DNA of 64,000 nucleotides from an uncultured Gemmatimonadales bacterium (GTDB lineage Bacteria; Gemmatimonadota; Gemmatimonadetes; Gemmatimonadales; GWC2-71-9): NCBI GenBank assembly GCA_963798915.1, contig CAWCVB010000006.1, positions 1 to 64,000 of the forward strand, read 5' to 3'. Shown piece by piece: positions 15,936 to 25,728 of this stretch (position 1 is its first letter; each line of letters starts with the position of its first letter). The notes under the pieces were generated by a model. It saw only the letters and a program-made list of their open reading frames with translations, ran no database searches and was not told where the DNA came from. The position numbers and the translations under genes were made by a program.

Positions 15936-16240
15936 AGTACATACGGAAGTGGGATAGCCAGCCGCTCAGCGCGGTGGCATCCTGGATGGTATCCCGACCA
16001 CCAGGAGGACCGATGACCACCAGCTACCCCACGCCGGAATCTGTCACGCCAGCCACCTGGGTGGCAATCGACATCGCGAAGGACGTCCACGTGATTCTGG
16101 TGGAAAGCCCCGCCGGTCAGCGCCGGCTCCGGGTGGCCAATACCCTCCAGGACATCGAGCGGTTGATCGCCTTCCTGCACGCTCAGCCGGCACCCGTACG
16201 CATCGCCTTCGAGCCCACCGGGATGTATCATCGCCCGCTG
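15936..16240 (+). mobile_element. IS110-family remnant (left non-coding end plus N-terminal DEDD transposase fragment)
   Basis: AGGAGG RBS, ATG 16013; WVAIDIAKDVHVI..RVAN..IAFEPTGMYHRPL, the IS110 RuvC-like D and E motifs; truncated afterwards. Confidence 0.85.
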
Positions 16241-16275
16241 GACGTGCTCCTCTATGTAGCGAGGCAGTTGCGCAA

Positions 16276-16563
16276 ATGACCACTCGGACCATCGCCGGGA
16301 TCATCGCGGCCAGCCTCGCCATGACCGGCGTAATTCTGGGAAATATGTTCCTGATCATGATGATCGGGGAAATCAACCGCAAGAGGGAGGATGGCAATCT
16401 TGTCTCCTATTTCGGTTTCACATTCCCTAGACTGGTTCGGATTGTCCGTGAGTACCGTCGTTCATATCCCGAGGGAAGGTTCGCTATCTATGCGCTGGCG
16501 GCCTTGACGCTACAGATGGTCGGACTGGTGACCGCCGCCGTGTGCTTCGGCATCATCGGTTGA
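16276..16563 (+). CDS. Small two-TM membrane protein, orphan immunity candidate
   Basis: 95 aa, hydrophobic N- and C-terminal helices, located in the rhs cassette array. Confidence 0.55.
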   Translation: MTTRTIAGIIAASLAMTGVILGNMFLIMMIGEINRKREDGNLVSYFGFTFPRLVRIVREYRRSYPEGRFAIYALAALTLQMVGLVTAAVCFGIIG

Positions 16564-16665
16564 GGTGGTGCCCCTCCTGAGTTGTGATGGAGCGCGCGCG
16601 ATGTATTGCATGAGGAATAGAGAAGCGGCTTCGCAATTCTGAACAGGTCGGGTAGCTGGACAGGC

Positions 16666-17100
16666 GGGCTGGGCGATGGCCTCGCATCTCAAGACCGACC
16701 TCGTGCTCGCGGCGCTCAATATGGCCATCATGCAGCGCCGCCCCACCGACGTGATTCATCATTCGGATCACGGCTGTCAGTATACGGCCCCGGCCTTCGG
16801 ACACCGGTGCCAGCAGCTGGGCTTGCTCCCCTCCCGCGGGGACCGTCGGCGACGCCTACGACAACGCGATGGGCCGGGAGCTTTTTCGCCACGCTCGAAT
16901 GCGAGCGTCTCGACCGGCGCACCTATCGCGCCCAGGCCAAGGCGAAGCTGGACCTGTTTCAGTACCTCGAAGGCTGGTACAATCCGCACCGGCGGCACTC
17001 TGCCATCGGTAACCAGTGGCCGATGGCCTACGAACGTCTCAACGCCGAGGCAGCGTGAGATCCCAAGACGCTGCCTCTCCGCGAAAGCGGGTCAACGCCA
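16666..17100 (+). mobile_element. Second IS3-family remnant (degenerate integrase core plus right end)
   Basis: GWAM..LVLAALNMA..IHHSDHGCQYT / GDAYDNA..SFFATLECE..EGWYNPHRRHSAIG over shifted frames; ends CTCCGCGAAAGCGGGTCAACGCCA. Confidence 0.85.
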
Positions 17101-17238
17101 GCTGGCAGCGCTCCGCCCGCCTCATGGAGGGACTTCTCAGTCTATGAGATGGCTCGTGAGGATCTGAAAGCGTGTCAAAAAGGGGGGCGAGCTGACGTTG
17201 GTGGATAATGTTGTATCTCGACCTGTCAGAGTTAGGGG

Positions 17239-17580
17239 ATGCACGTGATTTCCCGATTCTTGCCGCTTCAAGTTGTGCTTGTCCTTTTGGGCGTAGCCGC
17301 CGTGCGCCGGGATTTTCGTCGCTACCGCGCGGCGTCCGGCGGCACTCCCGAGGGACGTCAACTCCGCCGGGTTGGGCACGAACGCGTACTTTATGGCCTC
17401 GTCTTCGTAATCTGCTTTGTCCTCGCGGTGTCGTCGCGGCCTGTCTGGGGGTGGCCCAAATGGATTGGGTATTCGCTTGGTGCCCTCGCCGCGGTGGCGT
17501 TAATCGGCGGTCGTTGGCGGACCTTACGTCTTGAGGCTTCGGCTTCGTCAGACAAGCAAGTGCGCGGACGAAATGACTGA
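17239..17580 (+). CDS. Small three-TM membrane protein, orphan immunity candidate
   Basis: 113 aa with three hydrophobic segments; same orientation as the rhs array. Confidence 0.45.
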   Translation: MHVISRFLPLQVVLVLLGVAAVRRDFRRYRAASGGTPEGRQLRRVGHERVLYGLVFVICFVLAVSSRPVWGWPKWIGYSLGALAAVALIGGRWRTLRLEASASSDKQVRGRND

Positions 17581-17983
17581 ATAAGCACGCCGTCTCCGGG
17601 GCTCGATCAGTCAGGTCTCCAAGCGGCCACTTCAGCCCGGGCGTGATGGTAGCACTTCTCATGCTCTCGGATGCACGTAACTGAGCGGCTCGACCAAGCG
17701 CTGCGGGCTGCACTACGCCACCCATTCGAGCGTGACATACTCGACGTTCAAGCCTCTTGCTGGTTCAAGGGGCCTGAATTGGCTGTGCCGTGATGGCCGC
17801 TGATCGTCTTGGCGACCGCGTGGCGGTTTGTGCTTGCGATTCAAGGTGTAGTCAGCGCCGGAGCATTGAATTGCAACTTCCATGTTTCGCCGCAACATGA
17901 TATGTCCAGCTTTTCGGAATGTGGCAAGCGTGATCTTTGTCCACCGGCATGTCATGTTTCGTGCTCGTGAGTATTGGTGCGAC

Positions 17984-18305
17984 CGTAAGCTTCCCCGTCA
18001 AGGACACAGGCCGAAAGTAGACTTTCAGGCGGCCATGGTCCTCGGCAAATAGCTGCGCGGCGGCACACGGCCGAGGCTCCGATGCGGCCGCTCGCTGTTG
18101 TAACTCTCCAGCCATGCTTCGGTCACCTGGCGCACCTCCGCCAGCGACGTGAAGACCCAAGCGTCCAGCACTTCCGTCCGGTACGTCTTGTTGAAGCGTT
18201 CGATGAAGGCATTCTGGTTCGGCTTGCCGGGCTGAATGTGCTGGAGGGCGACCCCATGCTCGGCACACCGGTCGGCCAGCGCTGCCGCCACAAACTCGGG
18301 GCCGT
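17984..18305 (-). mobile_element. IS3-family remnant B (same endpoints as remnant A)
   Basis: Colinear with 15614-15935 at offset 2370; I counted ~46 mismatches in 322 nt by eye. Confidence 0.9.
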
Positions 18306-18341
18306 AGTACATACGGAAGTGGGATAGCCAGCCGGTCAGCG
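18306..18341 (+). mobile_element. IS110 left-end fragment, second copy
   Basis: AGTACATACGGAAGTGGGATAGCCAGCCGGTCAGCG matches 15936-15971 with one mismatch. Confidence 0.75.
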
Positions 18342-18429
18342 GCTCCGGATGGCGGGGCAGCCGTATGACCATGGCTCGCGGCTCTATTTCATGCGGGCCC
18401 GGTACTATGATCCTCAACTCGGCCGGTTT
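18340..18429 (+). pseudogene. Fourth Rhs core remnant
   Basis: Translates RLRMAGQPYDHGSRLYFMRARYYDPQLGRF, then breaks off. Confidence 0.85.
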
Positions 18430-18539
18430 CCTGCCCCTTGGCCCTAACCCCTGTTCCCGTATAGATTTCGGCGCCTCACGGAGACGGTTTCGCGGGGCGC
18501 CTCTGAATTTCTCTCCTACCCGAGGACGAGCCGGATCTT

Positions 18540-19472
18540 ATGCTGAACAAGGTGGCGGTGGTGGGCGCCGGGCACGTGGGCGCCACGGCGGCGCAACGCC
18601 TGGCCGAGAAGAGTCTGGCCCGCGAGGTCATCCTCATTGACGTGGTCGAAGGCGTCCCCCAGGGCAAGGCGCTGGACCAGTGGCAGAGCGGCCCCATCGA
18701 GGGGTTCGACACCCGGATCATCGGCGCGCAGGGCTACGACGAAGCGAAGGACGCCGAGGTGTTCGTCGTCACCGCCGGCATCGCCCGCAAGCCCGGGATG
18801 AGCCGGGATGACCTGGTCCGCACCAACGCCGGCATCGTCCGGTCGGTCGCCCAGAACATTGCCAGGGCTGCTCCAAAATCCATCATCGTCGTGGTGTCCA
18901 ATCCGCTCGACGTCATGTGCTACGTGGCCATGAAGGCGAGCGGCTTCCCCCGCGAACGCGTAATCGGCATGGCCGGTGTCCTCGACACGGCACGCTACCG
19001 GACCTTCCTCGCGCAGGCCATGGATGTCTCGATGGACGATATCCAGGCGATGGTGCTGGGCGGCCATGGCGACACCATGGTCCCGCTGATCTCCTACACG
19101 ACCGTCTCCGGCATTCCCGTGACCCAGCTCCTGGCACAGGACAAGCTGGATGACATCGTCAAGCGCACTCGCGGCGGCGGCGCCGAAATCGTCGCGTTCC
19201 TCAAGACCGGCTCGGCCTATTACGCGCCCAGCGCGGCCGCAGTAGAGATGGTGGAGGCGATCGCGCTCGACCGGAAACGGATTCTCCCATGCTCAGCGTG
19301 GCTCACCGGTGAGTATGGGCTCAAGGATGTGTTCTGCGGCGTGCCCTGCAAGCTGGGCCGGAAGGGCCTGGAGCAGATCCTGGAGGTGACGCTCACCGAG
19401 CAGGAAAAGACGGACCTGGCGAAATCGGCCGAGGCGGTGCGGGAGACTCAGGCGACCGTTGACGCGCGGTAG
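18540..19472 (+). CDS. mdh: Malate dehydrogenase (LDH-like)
   Basis: [52 protein letters not shown]. Confidence 0.96.
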   Translation: MLNKVAVVGAGHVGATAAQRLAEKSLAREVILIDVVEGVPQGKALDQWQSGPIEGFDTRIIGAQGYDEAKDAEVFVVTAGIARKPGMSRDDLVRTNAGIVRSVAQNIARAAPKSIIVVVSNPLDVMCYVAMKASGFPRERVIGMAGVLDTARYRTFLAQAMDVSMDDIQAMVLGGHGDTMVPLISYTTVSGIPVTQLLAQDKLDDIVKRTRGGGAEIVAFLKTGSAYYAPSAAAVEMVEAIALDRKRILPCSAWLTGEYGLKDVFCGVPCKLGRKGLEQILEVTLTEQEKTDLAKSAEAVRETQATVDAR

Positions 19473-19508
19473 GCCTCGGCGCCTCGCGAGACTTTCACCG
19501 AGAGGACC

Positions 19509-20171
19509 ATGAATCCGCTGCGGTTCTACCGCTCGACCATCGGCAAGAAGATCATCATGGCGGTCACCGGCATCATCGGCATCGCCTTCCTGATTGCCCA
19601 CATGGCCGGCAATCTCCAGATCTTCGAGAGCGCGGCGAGGATCAATGCCTACGCCGCATTCCTCCACGGGCCGGCCTACGAAGTGCTCGTGGCGCAGCGG
19701 GTGGTGCTCATCCTGGCGGTGCTGCTCCACGTGCTGATGGCGTGGCAGCTCACGCAGCGGAGCCGGGCCGCGCGGCCGCACGACTACCGCCAACGTGAGA
19801 CCCAGGTCTCGACTCTGGCGTCCCGCACCATGCGCTGGGGCGGGGTGCTGCTGCTCGTCTTCATCATTCTCCACATCCTGCACTTCACCACCGGCGACCT
19901 CCGTCCGGCCGGCACGTTCGTTGTGGGAGACGTGTATGCCAACGCGGTCGGAAGCTTCCGCCTCTGGTGGGTGACCGCGTTCTACCTCGTCTCCATGCTC
20001 TTCCTGGGGCTCCACCTCTACCACGGCACCTGGAGTTCGGCCCGGACACTCGGCATGCGCAATCCATCCCCGTCGCCCTTCACGCGGCGGGTGGGCGGCG
20101 CGCTGGCCATCATCATCGCGGTCGGGTTTGCCCTGGTGCCGCTCGCGGTCTTCCTCGGTTGGGTGCAATGA
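19509..20171 (+). CDS. sdhC: Succinate dehydrogenase cytochrome b subunit
   Basis: [19 protein letters not shown]; five TM helices with His ligands; precedes sdhA. Confidence 0.92.
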   Translation: MNPLRFYRSTIGKKIIMAVTGIIGIAFLIAHMAGNLQIFESAARINAYAAFLHGPAYEVLVAQRVVLILAVLLHVLMAWQLTQRSRAARPHDYRQRETQVSTLASRTMRWGGVLLLVFIILHILHFTTGDLRPAGTFVVGDVYANAVGSFRLWWVTAFYLVSMLFLGLHLYHGTWSSARTLGMRNPSPSPFTRRVGGALAIIIAVGFALVPLAVFLGWVQ

Positions 20172-22086
20172 CCATGGAACTGAATGCGCGGATTCCGGAC
20201 GGGCCCATCGAGGACAAATGGGAGCGGCACCGCTTCGAGATGAAGCTGGTGAACCCGGCCAACAAGCGGAAGCACACGGTCATCGTGGTGGGCTCGGGCC
20301 TCGCCGGCGCGTCCGCCGCGGCCAGCATGAGCGAGCTGGGGTATCTGGTGAAGTGCTTCTGCTTTCAGGATTCACCCCGGCGGGCCCACAGCATCGCGGC
20401 GCAGGGGGGCATCAACGCCGCCAAGAACTACCAGAATGACGGCGACAGCGTCTACCGGCTGTTCTACGACACGGTCAAGGGCGGTGACTTCCGCTCCCGC
20501 GAGGCCAACGTCTACCGGCTGGCGCAGCTCAGCGTCAACATCATCGACCAGGCGGTGGCGCAGGGAGTGCCCTTTGCGCGCGAGTACGGCGGGTTGCTCG
20601 ACAATCGGTCCTTTGGCGGCGCACAGGTCTCCCGGACCTTCTATGCCCGGGGCCAGACCGGCCAGCAGCTTCTGCTGGGCGCCTACCAGGCGCTGGAGAA
20701 GGAAGTGGCCCGCGGGGGGGTCAGATGTATCCCCGCACCGAGATGCTGGACCTGGTCGTGGTGGACGGCCGGGCACGCGGCATCATCGTTCGCGACCTGG
20801 TGACCGGCGCCATCTCCGCACATGCCGCCGACGCCGTGGTGCTCGGCACCGGCGGCTACGGCAACGTCTTCTACCTCTCCACCAACGCCAAGGGCTCCAA
20901 CTGCACCGCGATCTGGCGGGCCTACAAGCGTGGTGCGGCGTTCGCCAACCCCTGCTTTACCCAGATCCACCCGACCTGCATTCCGGTGAGCGGCCACCAC
21001 CAGTCCAAGCTCACCCTCATGAGCGAGTCCCTCCGCAACGACGGCCGCGTCTGGGTGCCCCGGCAGAAGGGTGACTCCCGGCCGCCCAATGCCATTCCGG
21101 ATGAGGAGCGGGACTACTACCTGGAACGCCGCTATCCCAGCTTCGGGAACCTGGTGCCGCGCGATGTGGCCTCGCGGGCGGCCAAGGAGCAGGCCGACAG
21201 CGGGCATGGCGTGGGTCCCGGCGGGTACGGCGTCTATCTCGACTTCCGCGATGCCATCCAGCGGCTGGGCGAGGCAGCCATTCGCGAGCGATATGGCAAT
21301 CTCTTCGAGATGTACCAGCGGATCACCGACGAGAATCCGTACCAGGTGCCGATGCGCATCTACCCGGCGGTGCACTACACCATGGGCGGGCTCTGGGTGG
21401 ACTACGACCTGATGACCACGATTCCGGGCCTGCACGTGATCGGCGAGGCCAATTTTTCCGATCACGGCGCCAATCGGCTGGGCGCGAGCGCGCTCATGCA
21501 GGGCCTGGCAGATGGTTACTTCATCATCCCGATGACCATCGGGAATTACCTGGCGCAGGCGCCGGCGCCCGATCTGGACGAGGCACACCCCGCCTTCGTC
21601 GATGCGCTCGCGCTGGTCGGCGAACGGACCAGGCGGCTGCTCGCCACCAGCGGTACCCGCAGCGTGGACTCCTTTCATCGCGAGCTGGGGCAGATCATGT
21701 GGGACAAGTGCGGCATGGCACGCACGTCCGGGGGACTGTCGCAGGCGCTGGAGGAGATTCCAGTGCTGCGCGAGCAGTTCTGGCGCGACGTCCGGGTGCC
21801 GGGGCAGGGGCAGGAACTCAATCAGTCCCTCGAAAAGGCCGGCCGGGTGGCGGACTTCCTGGAGCTTGCCGAGCTGATCTGCCGGGATGCGCTCCACCGC
21901 AACGAATCGTGCGGCGGGCACTTCCGCGAGGAGTACCAGACGCCCGAAGGCGAGGCGCGGCGTGATGACGAGCACTTTGCCTACGTGGCGGCCTGGGAAT
22001 ACAAGGGCGACGGCCACGTGCCGGAACTGCACAAGGAGCCGCTCGAGTTCGAGCATGTGCACTTGACACAGCGATCCTACAAGTAA
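20168..22086 (+). CDS. sdhA: Succinate dehydrogenase/fumarate reductase flavoprotein (frameshift beside the G7 run, ~20714-20724)
   Basis: [18 protein letters not shown], then in the next frame [36 protein letters not shown]. Confidence 0.95.
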
Positions 22087-22112
22087 GGGCAAAGCCATGG
22101 CTTTGCCCTTGC
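22083..22112. repeat. REP-like palindrome between sdhA and sdhB
   Basis: Perfect 26-bp palindrome AAGGGCAAAGCCATGGCTTTGCCCTT (22085-22110) within GTAAGGG...CCCTTGC. Confidence 0.65.
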
Positions 22113-22140
22113 GATGGTCGCGAATCACTCTGGAGACCCG

Positions 22141-22899
22141 ATGAACCTGACCCTGCAGGTCTGGCGCCAGGCCAGTCCCCAGACCGGCGGCCGCTTCGAG
22201 CGCTACGAGGCGTCCGACGTGACGCCCGACATGTCGTTCCTCGAGATGCTCGACATGGTGAACGAGCAGCTGATCGTTGCGGGGCGCGAGCCGATCGCGT
22301 TCGACAACGACTGTCGGGAGGGTATCTGCGGCATGTGCTCGCTGATGATCAATGGCGTGGCGCATGGGCCCATGAAGGCCACCGCCACCTGCCAGCTTCA
22401 CATGCGCAGCTTCCGGGACGGCCAGGAAATCCTGATCGAGCCGTTCCGGGCCGGCGCCTTTCCCGTGCTCAAGGACCTCTGCGTGGATCGCTCCGCGCTG
22501 GACCGGATCATCGAGGCAGGTGGCTTCATCTCGGCCCGCACCGGCAGCGCGCCGGATGGCAACGCCATCCCGGTGCCCAAGGCCGATGCGGACCGCGCGA
22601 TGGATGCGGCAGCGTGCATCGGCTGCGGCGCCTGCGTCGCCGCGTGCCCCAATGGATCGGCGTCGCTCTTTACGGCGGCCAAGGTGTCGCACCTGGGATT
22701 GCTGCCCCAGGGTCAGGCCGAGCGACAGCGCCGGGTGGTGCGCATGGTGGAGCAGATGGACGCCGAAGGCTTCGGCGGCTGTACCTTCTTCGGCGAGTGC
22801 ATGGAGGCCTGCCCCAAGGAGATCAGCATCGATTTCATCTCCCGCATGAACCGGGACTATCTGCGATCCGCCCTGACGGCCGGAGATTCGTCCCGCTGA
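22141..22899 (+). CDS. sdhB: Succinate dehydrogenase iron-sulfur subunit
   Basis: [33 protein letters not shown]. Confidence 0.95.
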   Translation: MNLTLQVWRQASPQTGGRFERYEASDVTPDMSFLEMLDMVNEQLIVAGREPIAFDNDCREGICGMCSLMINGVAHGPMKATATCQLHMRSFRDGQEILIEPFRAGAFPVLKDLCVDRSALDRIIEAGGFISARTGSAPDGNAIPVPKADADRAMDAAACIGCGACVAACPNGSASLFTAAKVSHLGLLPQGQAERQRRVVRMVEQMDAEGFGGCTFFGECMEACPKEISIDFISRMNRDYLRSALTAGDSSR

Positions 22900-24165
22900 A
22901 CCGCCTGCTTTCCGGCCTGCTCCTGTCGGCTTTCCTGGCGAGCGTGGCCCAGGCACAGTCCGGCGAGGAAATCGTGGTGGGCCTGGCGGCGACTCCGGCC
23001 TTTATTCATGTCGCTGCCCGCGCCCGGCGGTGAGGGCACGGTCAACCAGGTGGATGTCGTCGCCCCCTGGCTCATGGTGGACGCTACCACCTTTGACGGG
23101 CTCCTCAAGCTGCAGTCCATGATCAACTTCGAGGGACTGACGATTCCCGACGGCGTGCCGTCGATGGGGGCCTGGGGCGAGGGCTTCGTCGACCGGCGCC
23201 ATCCGCATACCTATGCCCACGAAATCATGCTCTCCGCATCGCAGCCGTTCGCCGAGCACGGCAGCGATGGCGTCTCGTTTGCCATGGGCAAGGGATTCGC
23301 TCCCTTCGGTACCGACGATCCGATGTCTCGCCCGTTCCTCACCTATCCGGTCAATCATCACCTGGCACAAGTGCTGGAGCGGCTGGTGGCGATCGCGGCG
23401 GTACGCCTGGGCCCGATGACCGCTGAGGCCGGTGTCTTCAATGGCGATGAACCAACCGGGCCCGATTCATGGCCCAGACTTTCGCGCTTTGGCGACAGCT
23501 GGGCGGGTCGGCTGACCGTTGCGCCAGTCGCGGGGCTCGAAATGCAAGCATCGTACGCCGACGTAGTGTCGCCCGAGCACGTCGATGGCAGTGGTCTCGA
23601 CCAGCACAAGTGGAGCACCAGCGCCCGGGTGGAACGCGCCACCAGCATGGGTCGCGTGTACGCCCTGGCCGAGTGGGCCCGGACCACGGAAGGAGAGTCT
23701 GCCTTCGTCTATCACAGCCTGCTTGCCGAAGCGGCGCTCGACGCGCGCCGGGTCGGAGTGGCGTATCGCTTCGAGCGCACCGAGCGGCCCGAGGAGCAGC
23801 GTGCCGACGAGCCATTCCGGACCGTGCGGCCGCTTCTCGACAATTCACTGCTGGGCGAGACCCGCTGGTCCATTCACTCGCTGGCCCTGCATGCCAAGAT
23901 CGCCGATTCCTGGCCCGGCCTGGCGCTGGCGCCCTTTGTCGAAGTCGCGGCCGGCCGCGTGACCTCCCTGACACCGGCCAGTTTCGATCCGACGGTCTTC
24001 TACGGTCGCAGCACCTTCTGGAGCGTCACGGCCGGTGTGCGAATCGCCCTGGGGATGCGTCTCCATCGCATGGGCCGATACGGCATGGCGCTGCCTGCGA
24101 CGGCCAGGGCAGGCTCCATGTCCATGCCCATGCCGAGCTCATCCAGTCACGAGATGCCGCATTGA
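22896..24165 (+). CDS. Exported His-motif protein, probable outer-membrane beta-barrel (frameshift near 23010-23020)
   Basis: Signal peptide [21 protein letters not shown] joins ORF 23008..24165; amphipathic strands; [29 protein letters not shown]; Met/His tail. Confidence 0.6.
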
Positions 24166-24179
24166 ATGGAGCAGTTGCA

Positions 24180-25666
24180 TTGAAGCGCCTCGCCGGACCG
24201 CTCGCCCTTTTATCCATACTGCTTCTCCCGGCGTGCAGCGACTCCACCAGCCCACCCGGCAATCCGGCGGCGCTGGTGGTGCTGGCAGGTAATAGCCAGT
24301 CGGGTCCGGCCTCGACGACGCTGCCCCAGACGCTGCAGGTCAGGGTGACAGACGGCAACGGAAGCCCGGTGCCAGGGGCCGATGTCGCTTGGAGCGCACT
24401 GAGCGGTGGCGGCACCCTGTCGCCAGTCGTCACGACCACCGATGCCCAGGGCGTCGCCGCCGCGCAGTTCACGCTCGGGCCACTGGTCGGCGCCCAGACG
24501 GTGAGCGCCACGCTGGAGGCGCTGCCCGGGACCAGTGCCACCTTCAGCGCGACCGCAACCGGCATTGAGCTCTGGTCGCCACGGTACCGATTCCGCCTGA
24601 CTACGGCATGCACGACACCTACGTTCGTGACGGTCTCGCCTTCGCGTTCGCCTGGAACACGGGCGTGCGAATCTACGATGTCGGGAACGGTGTGGCGGGC
24701 GGCTCGCCCTCGGCGCCGGCGCTGGTGGGCTCGCTGGTCACCAGCGGCTCCGTGGATGACGCCAATCCCAGCGTGCACAACGGCTGGTGGTTTCATGATC
24801 CATCAACCGGCGAGGCGCGGTACCTCTTTGTGGGCCAGGAGGGCGCGGGCTCGATCGGGACGAGCAGCCGCGGCGATCTCCATGTGGTGGACGTCTCGGA
24901 CCTGGCCCACCCGGTCGAAGTGGCCTTCTTCCATCATGCGCCGGTTGATGGTCAGCCGGCCGGGGTGCACAACGTGTGGATGGACGAACCGAACGCCATT
25001 CTCTACGCCGCCTATTACAACGGCGGCATCGTGGCGCTCGACGTCTCCGGTCCGCTGTCGGGAGACCTCGCCACCCATGTCATCGACGAGGTTCGCCCCG
25101 GCGGCGCGGGCAACACCTACACCTGGGGCGTGATGCTCGCCGATGACGGCTCGCTCTATGCGTCCGACATGCTGAGCGGGTTCTGGCATCTGCGCCTTCA
25201 AGCCGGCGCCTTCAGCGTACTCGGCGGCGGGAACAACGTGGCTCAGCGGTTCTCGTCGGATCTCTGGGTGCATGGGAACGTGGGATATACCGGAACGTGG
25301 GGCAATCGCGCCGAGCCGGGGAATCAGCTCAAGGTCTGGGACATTTCTTCATCGAGCCCGGTGGAGAAGGCGCCGGTAATGTTGGCCGGTGTTGGCACGG
25401 TCAGCGATCTCCAGGTGAGCGACGACGGGGGCTGGATGCTGGTGACCGGCGAGTACGGGAGCGGCGCCGGCCTGTTCCTGTATGCACTCGACGACCCGTT
25501 CGCGCCCCGGTTGCTCGCCACCTATCCGGTTGCATCGCCCAATGGTGGTCTGCATACCGGAACCATTGCCGTCATCGCCGGCCGCACCTACGTCTTTGCC
25601 GCCCGGGACCCCGCACCTGATGGGCCAGCACTCCTGATCTTTGACGTGACCGACATCCTGCCATAA
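24180..25666 (+). CDS. Lipoprotein with Ig-like (Big_1-like) domain and LVIVD-repeat beta-propeller (frameshift near 24575-24600)
   Basis: Lipobox LLLPA|C; LQVRVTDGNGSPVPG..TTDAQGVA; repeats GVRIYDV, LHVVDVSD, GIVALDVS, LKVWDIS, LLIFDVT. Confidence 0.7.
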
Positions 25667-25708
25667 GCACAAACGCACGAGCCAGATTGGGCTCGTGCGC
25701 TTGTGTTT
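25666..25708. terminator. Hairpin between convergent genes (probable bidirectional terminator)
   Basis: CACAAACGCACGAGCC..GGCTCGTGCGCTTGTG inverted repeat. Confidence 0.65.
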
Positions 25709-25728
25709 CCTGCTCATGGTGACAGCGC

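Noticed and set aside
16561..16600. Possible IS left end (TGAGGTGGTGCCCC)
   Set aside because: No convincing complementarity to the right end at 17100 and no target duplication.
17190..17240. Integron attC site before the 17239 ORF (GTTAGGG, CTGAC/GTCAG)
   Set aside because: No matching RYYYAAC box or extended attC stem, and no intI gene.
17581..17983. Lower-GC stretch as a gene or ncRNA
   Set aside because: Only short ORFs without recognisable motifs and no structure I can support; left unannotated.
20711..20725. Programmed frameshift or phase variation in sdhA at the G7 tract
   Set aside because: A core enzyme with an indel beside a homopolymer is the typical long-read error pattern.
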